Source: Sporichthyaceae bacterium (GTDB lineage: Bacteria > Actinomycetota > Actinomycetes > Sporichthyales > Sporichthyaceae). From it: a DNA stretch of 64,000 bases. The notes under the pieces are model-generated. The model searched no databases, was not told the DNA's origin, and saw only the letters and a program-made list of their open reading frames with translations. The stretch spans positions 15,130-79,129 of the forward strand of contig DATASX010000078.1 of NCBI GenBank assembly GCA_036269075.1, read 5' to 3'. Shown piece by piece: positions 1 to 9,363 of this stretch; within the stretch, counting starts at the first letter, position 1; each line of letters opens with the position of its first letter. A program made the translations under genes and the position numbers.

Positions 1-111
1 GGCCGCGGCAGCGATGTCGCCGGTGGCCACGCGGTGGTAGCCGAGTCGATGAAACTGGTCGGCGGCTGCGGCGATGATCAACGCACGCCGGTTCCGGGGC
101 CTGGTGGTCAT
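1..111 (-). CDS. TetR-family regulator, N-terminal fragment (gene continues past left window edge)
   Basis: The reverse complement from ATG (111..109) reads MTTRPRNRRALIIAAAADQFHRLGYHRVATGDIAAAA, a typical TetR HTH N-terminus. It is divergent from the crotonase gene. It is absent from the ORF track because the window truncates it. Confidence 0.5.
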   Translation of the reverse strand, partial: MTTRPRNRRALIIAAAADQFHRLGYHRVATGDIAAAA

Positions 112-241
112 TCGCGCCCCTTCCCTTGACTGACGTCCAAACTAATGCCAATTTACATCCTGACTCAAGCCCCCGTTGGAATCTGCCTGTTCGCGGGGAG
201 TTGGGCGGAGCACTCGTTCACTTCCGGAGAGATAGGTCCCC

Positions 242-1024
242 GTGACCGGCTTGAGCGTGGAGTCACCGCAACCTGGCGTCGCGTTGGTCGTGCTGGACCG
301 GCCCGGCTGGCTCAATGCGTTCGACGAGGCGACGGTCCGGGCCTTGCCAACACTGCTCGAAGCGCTGGCCGAGGATCCGCAGGTCCGGGTTGTGGTGCTC
401 ACCGGCGCCCCCGGAGCCTTCTGCGCAGGCGGCGATCTGGCCCTGGTCGGCACGTTGCCACTGCTGGGCGCGGAGGAGTTGGAAGCCCTGCTGCTACGCG
501 GTTTCCAGGCCTCGGCCCTGCTCCACTCGATGGACAAGCCGACGATCGCGGCTGTCAACGGACCCGCGGCCGGGGGAGGGCTGGGTCTGGCACTGGCATG
601 CGATCTGCGCATCGCCGGCCGGGACGCCACGTTCGTGTCGCCGTTCATCAACATGGGTCTCGCGCCCGACTACGGGGTCACCTGGCTGCTCCCGAGGATC
701 GTCGGTCACGCGGTCGCCCTGGAGATGGCGGTGACCGGACGGCGGGTCGGCGCGGCGGAAGCGCTGACCACCGGCTTGGTCAGTCGGCTGTGCGACGACC
801 CGCTGGCGGAGGTGCTGTCGCTGGCGGGCCGGATCGCTGCGCAACCCGCCCAGGCTGTCGCGCTCACCAAGCGCCTCATGCGCGACTCCGCACCGCTGGA
901 CCTGCCCACGGCACTTGCCGCCGAGGCCAAGGTGGCGCGGGCTGCCTTGCAGAGCGAGGAATTCGCCGAGCGCTGGGCCACCTGGCGAACCGAGATAAGC
1001 GGCGTGACCGACGGGAGAAACTGA
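242..1024 (+). CDS. enoyl-CoA hydratase/isomerase (crotonase family)
   Basis: 260-aa ORF. Crotonase signature region VVVLTGAPGAFCAGGDL ... AAVNGPAAGGGLGLALACDLRIA. Its stop overlaps the next start (ATGA at 1021-1024). Confidence 0.9.
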   Translation: MTGLSVESPQPGVALVVLDRPGWLNAFDEATVRALPTLLEALAEDPQVRVVVLTGAPGAFCAGGDLALVGTLPLLGAEELEALLLRGFQASALLHSMDKPTIAAVNGPAAGGGLGLALACDLRIAGRDATFVSPFINMGLAPDYGVTWLLPRIVGHAVALEMAVTGRRVGAAEALTTGLVSRLCDDPLAEVLSLAGRIAAQPAQAVALTKRLMRDSAPLDLPTALAAEAKVARAALQSEEFAERWATWRTEISGVTDGRN

Positions 1025-2550
1025 TGCCTTCGATCTGCGACACCCTGCGCTCCACCGCTGCCCGCTGCCCAGACCGGGAGGCACTGGTCTTCGGCGTTCG
1101 GCGCCGGTCCTACCGCCAGTTGTCCGACGACGTCGAGCGCGCCGCCTCAGCGCTTGCCGCCGCAGGGACGCGGCCCGGCGATCGAGTGCTGTTGATGGCC
1201 CCGAACAGCGACGCGTTCGTCGTCGCCGCGTACGCGGCCTTGCGTGCCGGAGCAATCCTGGTGCCGGCCAATCCCCGGAACGCCCCCCCGGAGATCGCCC
1301 ACCTGATTGCGGATTCCGGCGCGACGACAGTGCTCGGGGCCCCGGAGTTCGCCGAACTGATCACGGCGGGGATCGAGCGGGCAGGTGCCCGCTCGACTGT
1401 GTTCGCCCTCGGGCCCGGGTCGCCGTTCGGTGACCTGTTCGACGAACCGGAACGCGCTGAGGTCGCTCATCGGCCCGTCGAGTCCGACGACGCCTTGCTT
1501 CTGTACACCTCGGGAACCACCGGTAAACCGAAGGGCGCCTTGTTCGACCACCACCGGACCATGTGGGTCGGAGTGAACATGGCGGGTACCTGCGGCGTGC
1601 GGGATGCGGAACGGTTACTGCACGTCGCGCCGCTTTACCACGCGGCCCAACTCTGCGCGATGCTCTGGCCCGGCACGATCTTCGGTGCCACTCACGTCGT
1701 GCTGCCCGCATTCGAACCGGTCGCGGTGGCGGATGCGCTCGCGGCCGAACGGATCTCGGTGTTCTTCGGCGTACCGACCATGTACCAATTCCTGCTTCGG
1801 CTGCCGGATCTCGCGGTGCGCGACCTCACCGCCTTGCGGGTCGGGTTGTTCGGCGCGGCCCCGATGCCCGCGGCCACCGTCAAGTCCTTGCTGGAGGCGC
1901 TGCCGGGCGTGAGCCTCTATCAGTTGTGCGGCCAGACCGAGGCAGGACCGGGCGGGATCTACGCCGGGCCGGCCGACGTCGCGGCTCGTCCGGACGCCAG
2001 TGGCCGATACGCGTTGCCGAACACCGAGGCACGGGTGATCACGCCCGAGGGTGCCGAGGTGGAGCCAGGTCAAGTCGGCGAACTCATTCTGCGGGGGGAG
2101 ACGATCATGAAGGGCTACTGGAATCAGCCCGCAGCCACCGCCGAGACCATCCGGGACGGTTGGCTGCACACCGGCGACCTCGCTCGCCTCGACGTCGATG
2201 GCTACCTCACCCTCGTCGACCGACTGAAGGATCTGGTGATCACCGGCGGTCGCAACGTCTACTCGGTCGAGGTCGAGAACGTACTGGCCGGCCACCCCGA
2301 CATCGCCGACGTAGCGGTGATCGGGGTACCGCACGAGGACTACGGCGAGAGCATCCTTGCCGTCATCGCACCCGTCGAGGACCGCGAGCCGACCCTGGAC
2401 GACATCCGTTCCTGGTGCCAGGACCAGATCGCCGGCTACAAGATCCCCCACGCCGTGGTGTTGCATCCCATCCCACGCAACCCCTCCGGGAAGATCCAGA
2501 AGCACCTGCTCCGGGCCGAGCTCGCGAATTCCGTGGCGGTGCTGTCATGA
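1024..2550 (+). CDS. acyl-CoA synthetase / AMP-dependent ligase (FadD-like)
   Basis: Internal ATG at 1024 of the 145..2550 ORF (MPSICDTLRST...). AMP-binding motif LLYTSGTTGKPKGA, and later GWLHTGDLA and a PRNPSGKIQK C-terminus. The portion upstream of 1024 overlaps the crotonase gene in another frame. Confidence 0.9.
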   Translation: MPSICDTLRSTAARCPDREALVFGVRRRSYRQLSDDVERAASALAAAGTRPGDRVLLMAPNSDAFVVAAYAALRAGAILVPANPRNAPPEIAHLIADSGATTVLGAPEFAELITAGIERAGARSTVFALGPGSPFGDLFDEPERAEVAHRPVESDDALLLYTSGTTGKPKGALFDHHRTMWVGVNMAGTCGVRDAERLLHVAPLYHAAQLCAMLWPGTIFGATHVVLPAFEPVAVADALAAERISVFFGVPTMYQFLLRLPDLAVRDLTALRVGLFGAAPMPAATVKSLLEALPGVSLYQLCGQTEAGPGGIYAGPADVAARPDASGRYALPNTEARVITPEGAEVEPGQVGELILRGETIMKGYWNQPAATAETIRDGWLHTGDLARLDVDGYLTLVDRLKDLVITGGRNVYSVEVENVLAGHPDIADVAVIGVPHEDYGESILAVIAPVEDREPTLDDIRSWCQDQIAGYKIPHAVVLHPIPRNPSGKIQKHLLRAELANSVAVLS

Positions 2551-4112
2551 CCCGCCGGTCGCTCACGGCCGCGATTGCGAGCTGCACCGCGGTGGCACTG
2601 CTCGCCGGCTGTGGTGGCTCCGCCGCCGGGACGAGCACCGTGCAAGCCGGTGCAGCCTTGGGCGCCGTGAACACCGCCGCGCCCGCGGTGGCCGCGGGTC
2701 CGACGGTGGCCGGTACCGCCGGCCACCGCACGGGCAATGCAGCGGGAGGCGCGGGCACGTCGACCGCTACCACCGCCGCCGCCCCGAGCAAGCGCGGCAC
2801 GAAGACCGGAGCCGGCAACGGCGCGAGCAGCGGCAAGACCATCGGTGGCAAGAGCAGCGACGTGCCCAGCATCGGCCAGGCGGCGGCGGGTCCCGCCGCG
2901 GCCGTCGAGCGCCTCGTCTCCAGCCACCCGATCTTCGGGGGCAGTGCAGCATGCGGGCCCGCGAGCCTGTCCGAGATCCCGATCGGAAACGTCAGCACGC
3001 TGTCCGGCGTCCTGGGCGAGGCGTTGTCGCCCGCACGGGAGGCTCTGCAGATCTTCGTCGCGGCGCAGAACGCCTGCGGTGGCCTCAACGGACACCGGAT
3101 CAAGCTTTACATCGATGACGATCAGGGCGACCCGGCGACGGCAACTGCCAAGGTCCAGAGCATGATCGAGACCAAGAAGGTGCTGGCGTTCGTCGGCAAC
3201 ACCGAGGTCCTCACGATCGACGCCGTCGTTCCGGTCATCAAGAAGTACGGGATCCCGATCATCGGCGGCGACATAGCCAGCAACACCTGGTTCACCAACC
3301 CGCTGCTCTTCCCCCAGGGCCCGCCGCCGGCTTCGGTCGCCTACGGGTACCTCAAGGGCGCCACCGAATACTTCAAGAAGACCAACGTCGGCGACCTGTG
3401 GTGCATCGAGATCCCGCGCGCCTGTGAAGAGAACGACCGTGCGTTCAGGGAACTCGCGCCCGGGTTCGGTATCACCGTGAAGCGGTCGATCGCATCGTCG
3501 ATCACGGCACCGTCGTACGTCCAGCAGTGTCTGGACCTCCAGAGCTCCGGTGTCGAAGCGTTGGCGCTGCTCGTCGACGCGGCGTCCATGGTGCGGGTGG
3601 CGCGTTCGTGCGAGCAGGTCGGGTACCACCCGAAGATCCTGCCCACCCCGCTCGGCATCGGCAACCAGAAGCAGTTCCTCACCGGGAACGCGTGGCTCGG
3701 CAACTCCTACGTGGCGCTGAACTACTTCCCCTGGTTCGCCAACGAGACCCCGGTGGAGAAGTACTGGCAGTCCGCGATGAAGAAGTACGACCCCGGCGCC
3801 GACATCGGCGCCGCGTCCAGCGCCGGTTGGACCGCCGGCGCACTGCTCGTCGCAGCCTCGGCCCTACTGAGCCCGACCAACCCGACCACCGCGGAACTGC
3901 TGGCCGGACTCTACGCATTCGGGGGCCAGAAGTGGACCGGGCTCGGCGGCCTCAGCGGGCCACGGACATTCCTTGCAGGCAAGGCCCCCCGGGTGCCCTA
4001 CTGCCTTTTCGCCGCGATCTCCAACGCAACGAACACCGGGTGGGCGAGCGCGGTCTCCACGCCGCAGTGCACCGAAAAGCTTGCGCCGTCGGATCCGCAG
4101 AACGGCCAATGA
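2547..4112 (+). CDS. lipoprotein, Leu/Ile/Val-type (type I periplasmic binding fold) ABC substrate-binding protein; orphan copy
   Basis: ATG at 2547 overlaps the previous stop (ATGA). MTRRSLTAAIASCTAVALLAGCGG gives the lipobox LLAGC, followed by a long Ala/Gly/Thr linker and then an SBP-like domain. It is paralogous by eye to the SBPs at 28540 and 60270 (GG..CH/GH..L...DD..DPA ... IGGD blocks). Confidence 0.8.
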   Translation: MTRRSLTAAIASCTAVALLAGCGGSAAGTSTVQAGAALGAVNTAAPAVAAGPTVAGTAGHRTGNAAGGAGTSTATTAAAPSKRGTKTGAGNGASSGKTIGGKSSDVPSIGQAAAGPAAAVERLVSSHPIFGGSAACGPASLSEIPIGNVSTLSGVLGEALSPAREALQIFVAAQNACGGLNGHRIKLYIDDDQGDPATATAKVQSMIETKKVLAFVGNTEVLTIDAVVPVIKKYGIPIIGGDIASNTWFTNPLLFPQGPPPASVAYGYLKGATEYFKKTNVGDLWCIEIPRACEENDRAFRELAPGFGITVKRSIASSITAPSYVQQCLDLQSSGVEALALLVDAASMVRVARSCEQVGYHPKILPTPLGIGNQKQFLTGNAWLGNSYVALNYFPWFANETPVEKYWQSAMKKYDPGADIGAASSAGWTAGALLVAASALLSPTNPTTAELLAGLYAFGGQKWTGLGGLSGPRTFLAGKAPRVPYCLFAAISNATNTGWASAVSTPQCTEKLAPSDPQNGQ

Positions 4113-4150
4113 CGCCCCGGCGCTTTGTGAGATGAGGAACTGAGGGGACG

Positions 4151-5191
4151 TCAGGACGGCACCGTGATTTTCGGCGCGACCTCCTGAGCCAGCCGGTGCA
4201 TGGACTCGTCCCACGGCTTCGAGTCGTCAAGGTAATCGTGGCCGTAGATCAGCAGGGTGCCGAAGCCGCCGGTGGAGCCCTGCCAGTCGTTGATCTTCTG
4301 GGTGACGGTCTCCGGGGACCCGGTGATCCAGACGTGCTCGGCGAGGTAGGCCGCATCGACGTCCTGGACGTTGTGCGAAGGGTCGGCCAGCAGACCCTCC
4401 ATCACGCCGAAGCGCTTGTAGGTCGGGGCCAGGTACTGCTCCCACGCCTCGCCCAGGCCGCCCTCGATCGCGAACTTCTTGGCCTCGGCGTCGGTGTCCG
4501 CGACCACGACGTCCCGCACGACGCGGTGTATGGCACGGTCGACCGGGTGGCCGTGCGCAGTCGCCGCTGCCGAGTAGACCGCCCAGTGGTTCCGCACGAA
4601 GGCGTCACCCGAGTAGATGCTGACCGGGATGTAGCCGTTGGCGCCCGCGAAGCTGATCGACGGGGAATCAGGGCTCAGCCCGGTCATCGCCATCTGGATC
4701 CGGCCGCCGGGTGGGCGGATGTCGCGGACCGGGTGGATCGGGTCCTCGTGGGGGAAGCCGTGCTTCCAGAACTGACCCTGCTCCTGGTATTCCTTGCCGG
4801 CCCAGACCTTCTCGATGATCTCGATCGCCTCGAAGAGCATCTTGTGGTTCACCGACATGTCGGTGATGCCCCGCAGCGCCGCGTCCGTGTGGTAGGCCCC
4901 GGCCGCGATGCCCAGCTGGTAGCGCCCTTCGCAGATCTGCGCCAGCCACGCCGTCTGCACTGCCAGCGTGGCCGGGTTGTGGTACGGGAGCAGGTGCGCC
5001 AGCGGCCCAAGCTTGATTCGTGAGGTCTGCACTGCCGCTGCGGCGATGACGAGTTCGGGACTGGGGATGCTCTCCCACTGCAAGGTCGCGTGCTCGCCGA
5101 CCCAGTACTCGCTGAAGCCGGCCTGGTCGGCTGTCACCGCCTGGGCGACTCCCCATTCGAAGACCTGACGCGGAGTCCGGGTCGGCTGCAT
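4151..5191 (-). CDS. LLM-class (luciferase-like) flavin-dependent oxidoreductase
   Basis: 346-aa ORF. FSEYWVGEHATLQWESIPSPELVIAAAA..TSRIKLGP is typical of the luciferase-like monooxygenase family. Divergent from the P450 gene. Confidence 0.85.
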   Translation of the reverse strand: MQPTRTPRQVFEWGVAQAVTADQAGFSEYWVGEHATLQWESIPSPELVIAAAAVQTSRIKLGPLAHLLPYHNPATLAVQTAWLAQICEGRYQLGIAAGAYHTDAALRGITDMSVNHKMLFEAIEIIEKVWAGKEYQEQGQFWKHGFPHEDPIHPVRDIRPPGGRIQMAMTGLSPDSPSISFAGANGYIPVSIYSGDAFVRNHWAVYSAAATAHGHPVDRAIHRVVRDVVVADTDAEAKKFAIEGGLGEAWEQYLAPTYKRFGVMEGLLADPSHNVQDVDAAYLAEHVWITGSPETVTQKINDWQGSTGGFGTLLIYGHDYLDDSKPWDESMHRLAQEVAPKITVPS

Positions 5192-5298
5192 GAAGGGGTC
5201 TGGAACATGCCTACGTCCACGTACCGCCTCTTTCTCCGGGTGAGACGGCTAGCCTGCCCGCGTCGATACCGATCTGTCACCCCTACCGGGAGCCGACG

Positions 5299-6558
5299 AT
5301 GCCCGCATATCGAACCGTCGATGACATCAACCTCGGCGACGTGGAGTTCTGGAAGCGGCCGATCCCCGAGATTGACCGCGCGTTCGCCGCGTTGCGGGCG
5401 GAGACCCGCCGGGGAGGCGGCATGTGCTTCCACGAGGAGATCACGCTCATGGGCGGGAACTCCCCGGGCCCGGGCTACTGGTCGGCGGTGACTCACGACG
5501 ACGTGCGGGCCGTCAACCGCGAGCAGCAGATCTTCTCCTCCGCCGGCGGAGTCATCTCCAACGACCCGGCGCCGGAGTACCTCGCGGTCGGATCGATCAT
5601 CGTCACGGACAACCCGAGGCACCACGAACTGCGCAGCCTGGTGTCGAAGGCGTTCACGCCTCGGGCGCTCGCCCGGACGGAGAACTCGATCCGAGAGCGG
5701 GCGCGGCGTCTGATCGGCGCGGCCCGCCAGACCGGCGGCTCGTGCGACTTCGTGGAGTCCTTCGCCGCGCCCCTGCCGCTGCAGGTCATCTGCGACATGC
5801 TCGGCATCCCGGAGGAGGACGAGCCCAAGGCCTTCCACTGGACCAACGTGCTGCTCGGCATCGGGGACCCGGAGATGGGCGCCGACGTCAATGCCGTCAC
5901 GACCGCCGCCACGCAGTTCATGGAGTACGCCATCGGGCTCGGCATCGCGCGGGCGGAGCATCCGGAGGACGACCTCAGCTCCGCGTTGATGCAGGCAGAG
6001 GTCGAGGGTGAGCGCCTGACCCCGTTCGACTTCGGCGCCTTCGTCGTCCTGTTGGCGATCGCCGGCAACGAGACCACCCGGCACGCCATGTCCTGGGGCA
6101 TGCACCAGTTGACCGAGCACCCCGATCAACGCGCTCTGCTCGCGGCGAACTACGAGGCGATGGCACCGCGGGCCGTCGAGGAGATCGTCCGGTGGGCCAC
6201 GCCGGTCGTGTACATGCGTCGCACCGCGCTGGCCGACACCGTCGTGGGCGACACCAAGATCTCGGCGGGGGAGAAGGTCGTCATGTGGTACTGGTCGGCC
6301 AACCGCGACGAAGCGGTCTTCGAGGATGCGGCCCGGTTCGACATCGAGCGCAAGAACGTCGCGGAGATGGTCGGCTTCGGCGGCGGCGGCACGCACTTCT
6401 GCCTGGGCGCGAGCCTGGCGCGGCGCGAACTGACCGTCATGTTCGACGAGATCCTCAAGGGTCTGCCGGACCTCCAGATCAGCGGTCCACCCACCCGCTT
6501 GCAGGGAAACTTCGTCAACGGCATCAAGTCGATGCCGTGCGAGTTCTCGGTTCGCTGA
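5299..6558 (+). CDS. cytochrome P450
   Basis: 419-aa ORF. Heme-thiolate loop FGGGGTHFCLGASLARRE, I-helix AGNETT, ExxR region. Confidence 0.95.
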   Translation: MPAYRTVDDINLGDVEFWKRPIPEIDRAFAALRAETRRGGGMCFHEEITLMGGNSPGPGYWSAVTHDDVRAVNREQQIFSSAGGVISNDPAPEYLAVGSIIVTDNPRHHELRSLVSKAFTPRALARTENSIRERARRLIGAARQTGGSCDFVESFAAPLPLQVICDMLGIPEEDEPKAFHWTNVLLGIGDPEMGADVNAVTTAATQFMEYAIGLGIARAEHPEDDLSSALMQAEVEGERLTPFDFGAFVVLLAIAGNETTRHAMSWGMHQLTEHPDQRALLAANYEAMAPRAVEEIVRWATPVVYMRRTALADTVVGDTKISAGEKVVMWYWSANRDEAVFEDAARFDIERKNVAEMVGFGGGGTHFCLGASLARRELTVMFDEILKGLPDLQISGPPTRLQGNFVNGIKSMPCEFSVR

Positions 6559-6587
6559 CCGCGAGCAGCCCCATCTCGCCGGGAGTC

Positions 6588-7001
6588 CTACGGCTTGCCC
6601 ACCACGAAGGTCCCGTTCATGTCGGGGTGCGGGTCGCAGCGGAAGAACCACCGTCCCGCCGGCAGGGCAGGAACGGAGTATGTGGTGACGCCTGGTCCAT
6701 CAACGAGATCGCCCTGGAACAACACTTTCTGGGCCGTCGGGTCGCGGTAGATCGCCACGTTGTGGGGCAGGCCGCGGTCGAGGTTCTTGAAGTCGATGGT
6801 GAAGGCCTGGCCGGCCGGGGCGGCCAGGCACTTCTTGTCGAACTTGCCGTCGAGGGCGATGACCGACAAGGCGGTGCCGTTCGGGCTGCAGGTTGCCCCG
6901 GATTGCGAGTCGGCGAACGCTGGAAAGGCGCTCAGCCCAAGCAGGCATCCGGCGGCGAGCGCCGATGCCCGCAGGGTGACGACAGTGCTGCGGCTACCCA
7001 T
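6588..7001 (-). CDS. secreted cupredoxin (amicyanin/plastocyanin-like type-1 copper protein)
   Basis: 137 aa with an N-terminal signal (..AAGCLLGLSAFPAFA). Upstream His ligand in LPHNVAIY. C-terminal loop FRCDPHPDMNGTFVV resembles the amicyanin C-x2-H-x2-M loop. Confidence 0.75.
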   Translation of the reverse strand: MGSRSTVVTLRASALAAGCLLGLSAFPAFADSQSGATCSPNGTALSVIALDGKFDKKCLAAPAGQAFTIDFKNLDRGLPHNVAIYRDPTAQKVLFQGDLVDGPGVTTYSVPALPAGRWFFRCDPHPDMNGTFVVGKP

Positions 7002-7014
7002 GTCGTTGAGCTCC

Positions 7015-7932
7015 TCAGCGCAACCGCGGGCAGTCCACCGGCGGTGCTTGAGTGAAGTCGACGGCAGTGGTCGTGTTGCCGATCACCGGCGCCGCGGGCT
7101 CGTGGGGGAGGTTGAAGTACATGCTGGTCAGCAGCATGTGATCCTGGCCGTCGTTGTACGCCAAGTGGCGATGCGCGGGGTGATAGAAGCCCTGGCCGGT
7201 GTGATAGCTCTCGCTGGTGTCGCACTTGCCGTCCCGGGCCATGACGTAGCTGATCCGCCCGCCGGTCACGATGTTCACAGCCGGAAGGTGGGAGATCCAG
7301 CCGGTGCTGAACCCGGGATAGAAGTCGACGAAGTCGGCGAACACGTCCATGCCGGGCTTGATGGTCAGGACGGCGCCACCGCCGAACATGCCGGGAACCA
7401 TCTCCGCCGATGCGGGGCTGGTCAGCGAGACCCCCGACGGGGCCGAGGCGGCAGAGAAGTCGCGGCAACCTGCAGGCGCGGCGGCGGTCGGTCCCTCGGC
7501 CAGCGGCTTCTGGGCGCCGAAGGCTTGGTTGATGAAGACGCCGAAGACCTCGAGCGCTTCCTTACCGGAGTTCTGGACCAGATACGTGCCGGCCGGTAGG
7601 ACCGATGCCTGCCCCGCGGCGTAGTCCTTGGTGCTGCACCCATCAGCTCGGCGGACCGTCAACGTGCCCTTGTTCACCGCGAGGATCGTGGCGCCGGACA
7701 GTTGCCGCCACCCGGTCGCACCGCCGGGTGCGACGGAGTACGACCCCATCGCCAGGGTGGCGCCGGGCTTGATCGGCACGGAGACGCCCTCCATGGCCTG
7801 GGCCCGGGTGAGGTCCTTGAACGCGATGGCGCCCGTCGGCGGGGTTGCCATGGCGACGTCCGTACTGAGGACGCTCATCGCCGCGACGACTGTGATGACG
7901 GCCGTCCTGACGAGGGCCGAATGTCTGCGCAT
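7015..7932 (-). CDS. secreted protein with two cupin-like beta-barrel repeats
   Basis: 305 aa with a signal peptide (MRRHSALVRTAVITVVAAMSVLSTDVAMA). Two repeats have cupin-like patterns (GGATGW.....LAVNKGTL.. and GFSTGWISH......GGRISYV). It lies 13 nt upstream of the cupredoxin gene on the same strand. Confidence 0.55.
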   Translation of the reverse strand: MRRHSALVRTAVITVVAAMSVLSTDVAMATPPTGAIAFKDLTRAQAMEGVSVPIKPGATLAMGSYSVAPGGATGWRQLSGATILAVNKGTLTVRRADGCSTKDYAAGQASVLPAGTYLVQNSGKEALEVFGVFINQAFGAQKPLAEGPTAAAPAGCRDFSAASAPSGVSLTSPASAEMVPGMFGGGAVLTIKPGMDVFADFVDFYPGFSTGWISHLPAVNIVTGGRISYVMARDGKCDTSESYHTGQGFYHPAHRHLAYNDGQDHMLLTSMYFNLPHEPAAPVIGNTTTAVDFTQAPPVDCPRLR

Positions 7933-8145
7933 GCTGTGCCTCCACGAGGAGATTCAGATTCGTCGTGCGGGCGGGGGCAGCGTTCACCGGGGCTCCAAAC
8001 CTACTCAGGAAAAACTCAGAAAACTAGTGGAGTCAGGGGCACGAAAGCCGCTTCGGCGCGAGGTCCGCACGCGAGTTGAGCATCTGATCACCATTGATCA
8101 ATCGATCGGGTTTGCCTTACAGTCCTTCCCGACCGAGGAGGACCG

Positions 8146-9357
8146 ATGGCGGTAGCCGCGCCCGAGATCACGCTGGATGCCAGCGACCCGCGCTTCTACA
8201 GCGAGCAGAACCGACCCGCCTATCTGCGCATCCATGCCACCGACCCGGTCTACTGGGTCGAGGCCGAACACACCCAGCCGTTCTGGAACATCTGCCGGCA
8301 CGACCTGATCCGCGAGGTCGGGCAGGACGGTGAACTGTTCACCACCGAGTTCGGCGTGCACCTCAACGCCGCGGCGTTCGAGGTGCGCCACGCAGCGGGG
8401 ATGATCGCGCAGCTACCGGTGGCGCTGCGCCCGGCGAACTGCCTGGACTCGGCGAGCCACCGCCGGGTGCGCGGTCCGGTCAACCAGCACTTCCGGCCGG
8501 CCGCCGCGGAGCTGTTGGAACCCGCGGTGCGGACCGAGGTCGGACGGATCCTGGACGCCGTCGCGTCCGATGCCGAGGTCGACTTCGTGCGGGTGTTCGC
8601 CACCCGGGTGCCGCTGTTGGTGACGACCCGTCTCCTCGGGGTCGGCACCGACCGGGAACATGACTTCGAGCACTGGGCGAACACCGTGCTGGAGTCCTTC
8701 GAGCCCGGCGCCACCCCGGACTTCGCCGCGCTGGGCGAGATGGTGGCGTTCTTCGCCGCCGAGGTGGGCGCTCGGCACACCGCCCCGCGCGAGGATCTGA
8801 TGACCCGTCTGATCCACACCGACCTGTCGGACGACGAGGTCGTGATGTGGTGCTGGCTGCTGCTGGTGGCCGGGTTGGAGACCACCGGCAACCTGATCGC
8901 CGCCGGCCTGGATCTGTTACTGCGTCACCCCGAGGCCATGGATGCCCTGCTCGAGCAGCCGATGTTGATCCGCCCGGCAGTCGCGGAGATGCTGCGGGTC
9001 ATCACTCCCGGCCGCTACATCCGCCGCACCGCCACCGCGGACACCGAGATCGGCGGACACCCAATCAGGGCGGGCGACGCGTTGGTCATGAACTTCACCG
9101 TGGCGAACTTCGACCCGGCGATGTTCGACGACCCGTTGTGCTTCGACATCACCCGCCGGCCCAGCGAGGCACTGGCCTTCTCCTGGGGTCCCCACAAGTG
9201 CATCGGCGCCGCGGTGGCCCTGGTCGAGACCCGGATTGCCTTCGAGGAAATGCTTTTCCGCTTTCCCGGGATCACCGCCCGTGGTCCCGCCGTGATCCGG
9301 CCCAGCCTGGCCACTGTGGTCGTCGAGTCGATGCCGGTGTCCTTCGGTGAGGTCTGA
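8146..9357 (+). CDS. cytochrome P450
   Basis: 403 aa. RBS GAGGAGGA lies 5 nt upstream of the ATG. Heme loop FSWGPHKCIGAAVA, I-helix AGLETTG. Confidence 0.9.
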   Translation: MAVAAPEITLDASDPRFYSEQNRPAYLRIHATDPVYWVEAEHTQPFWNICRHDLIREVGQDGELFTTEFGVHLNAAAFEVRHAAGMIAQLPVALRPANCLDSASHRRVRGPVNQHFRPAAAELLEPAVRTEVGRILDAVASDAEVDFVRVFATRVPLLVTTRLLGVGTDREHDFEHWANTVLESFEPGATPDFAALGEMVAFFAAEVGARHTAPREDLMTRLIHTDLSDDEVVMWCWLLLVAGLETTGNLIAAGLDLLLRHPEAMDALLEQPMLIRPAVAEMLRVITPGRYIRRTATADTEIGGHPIRAGDALVMNFTVANFDPAMFDDPLCFDITRRPSEALAFSWGPHKCIGAAVALVETRIAFEEMLFRFPGITARGPAVIRPSLATVVVESMPVSFGEV

Positions 9358-9363
9358 CCCGCC

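Noticed and set aside
145-1023. N-terminal extensions of several ORF-track entries. Examples: 145..1023, 1563..2546, 19655..20224, 20380..21432, 26297..26587, 26767..28539, 58096..58320, 58899..60269, 18834..19157 and 54169..54432.
   Set aside because: The extensions overlap the preceding, well-supported gene in another frame and translate to Arg/Pro/Gly-rich sequence. Internal starts give proper N-termini (signal peptides, lipoboxes, Rossmann motifs), usually with an ATGA/GTGA overlap or an RBS.
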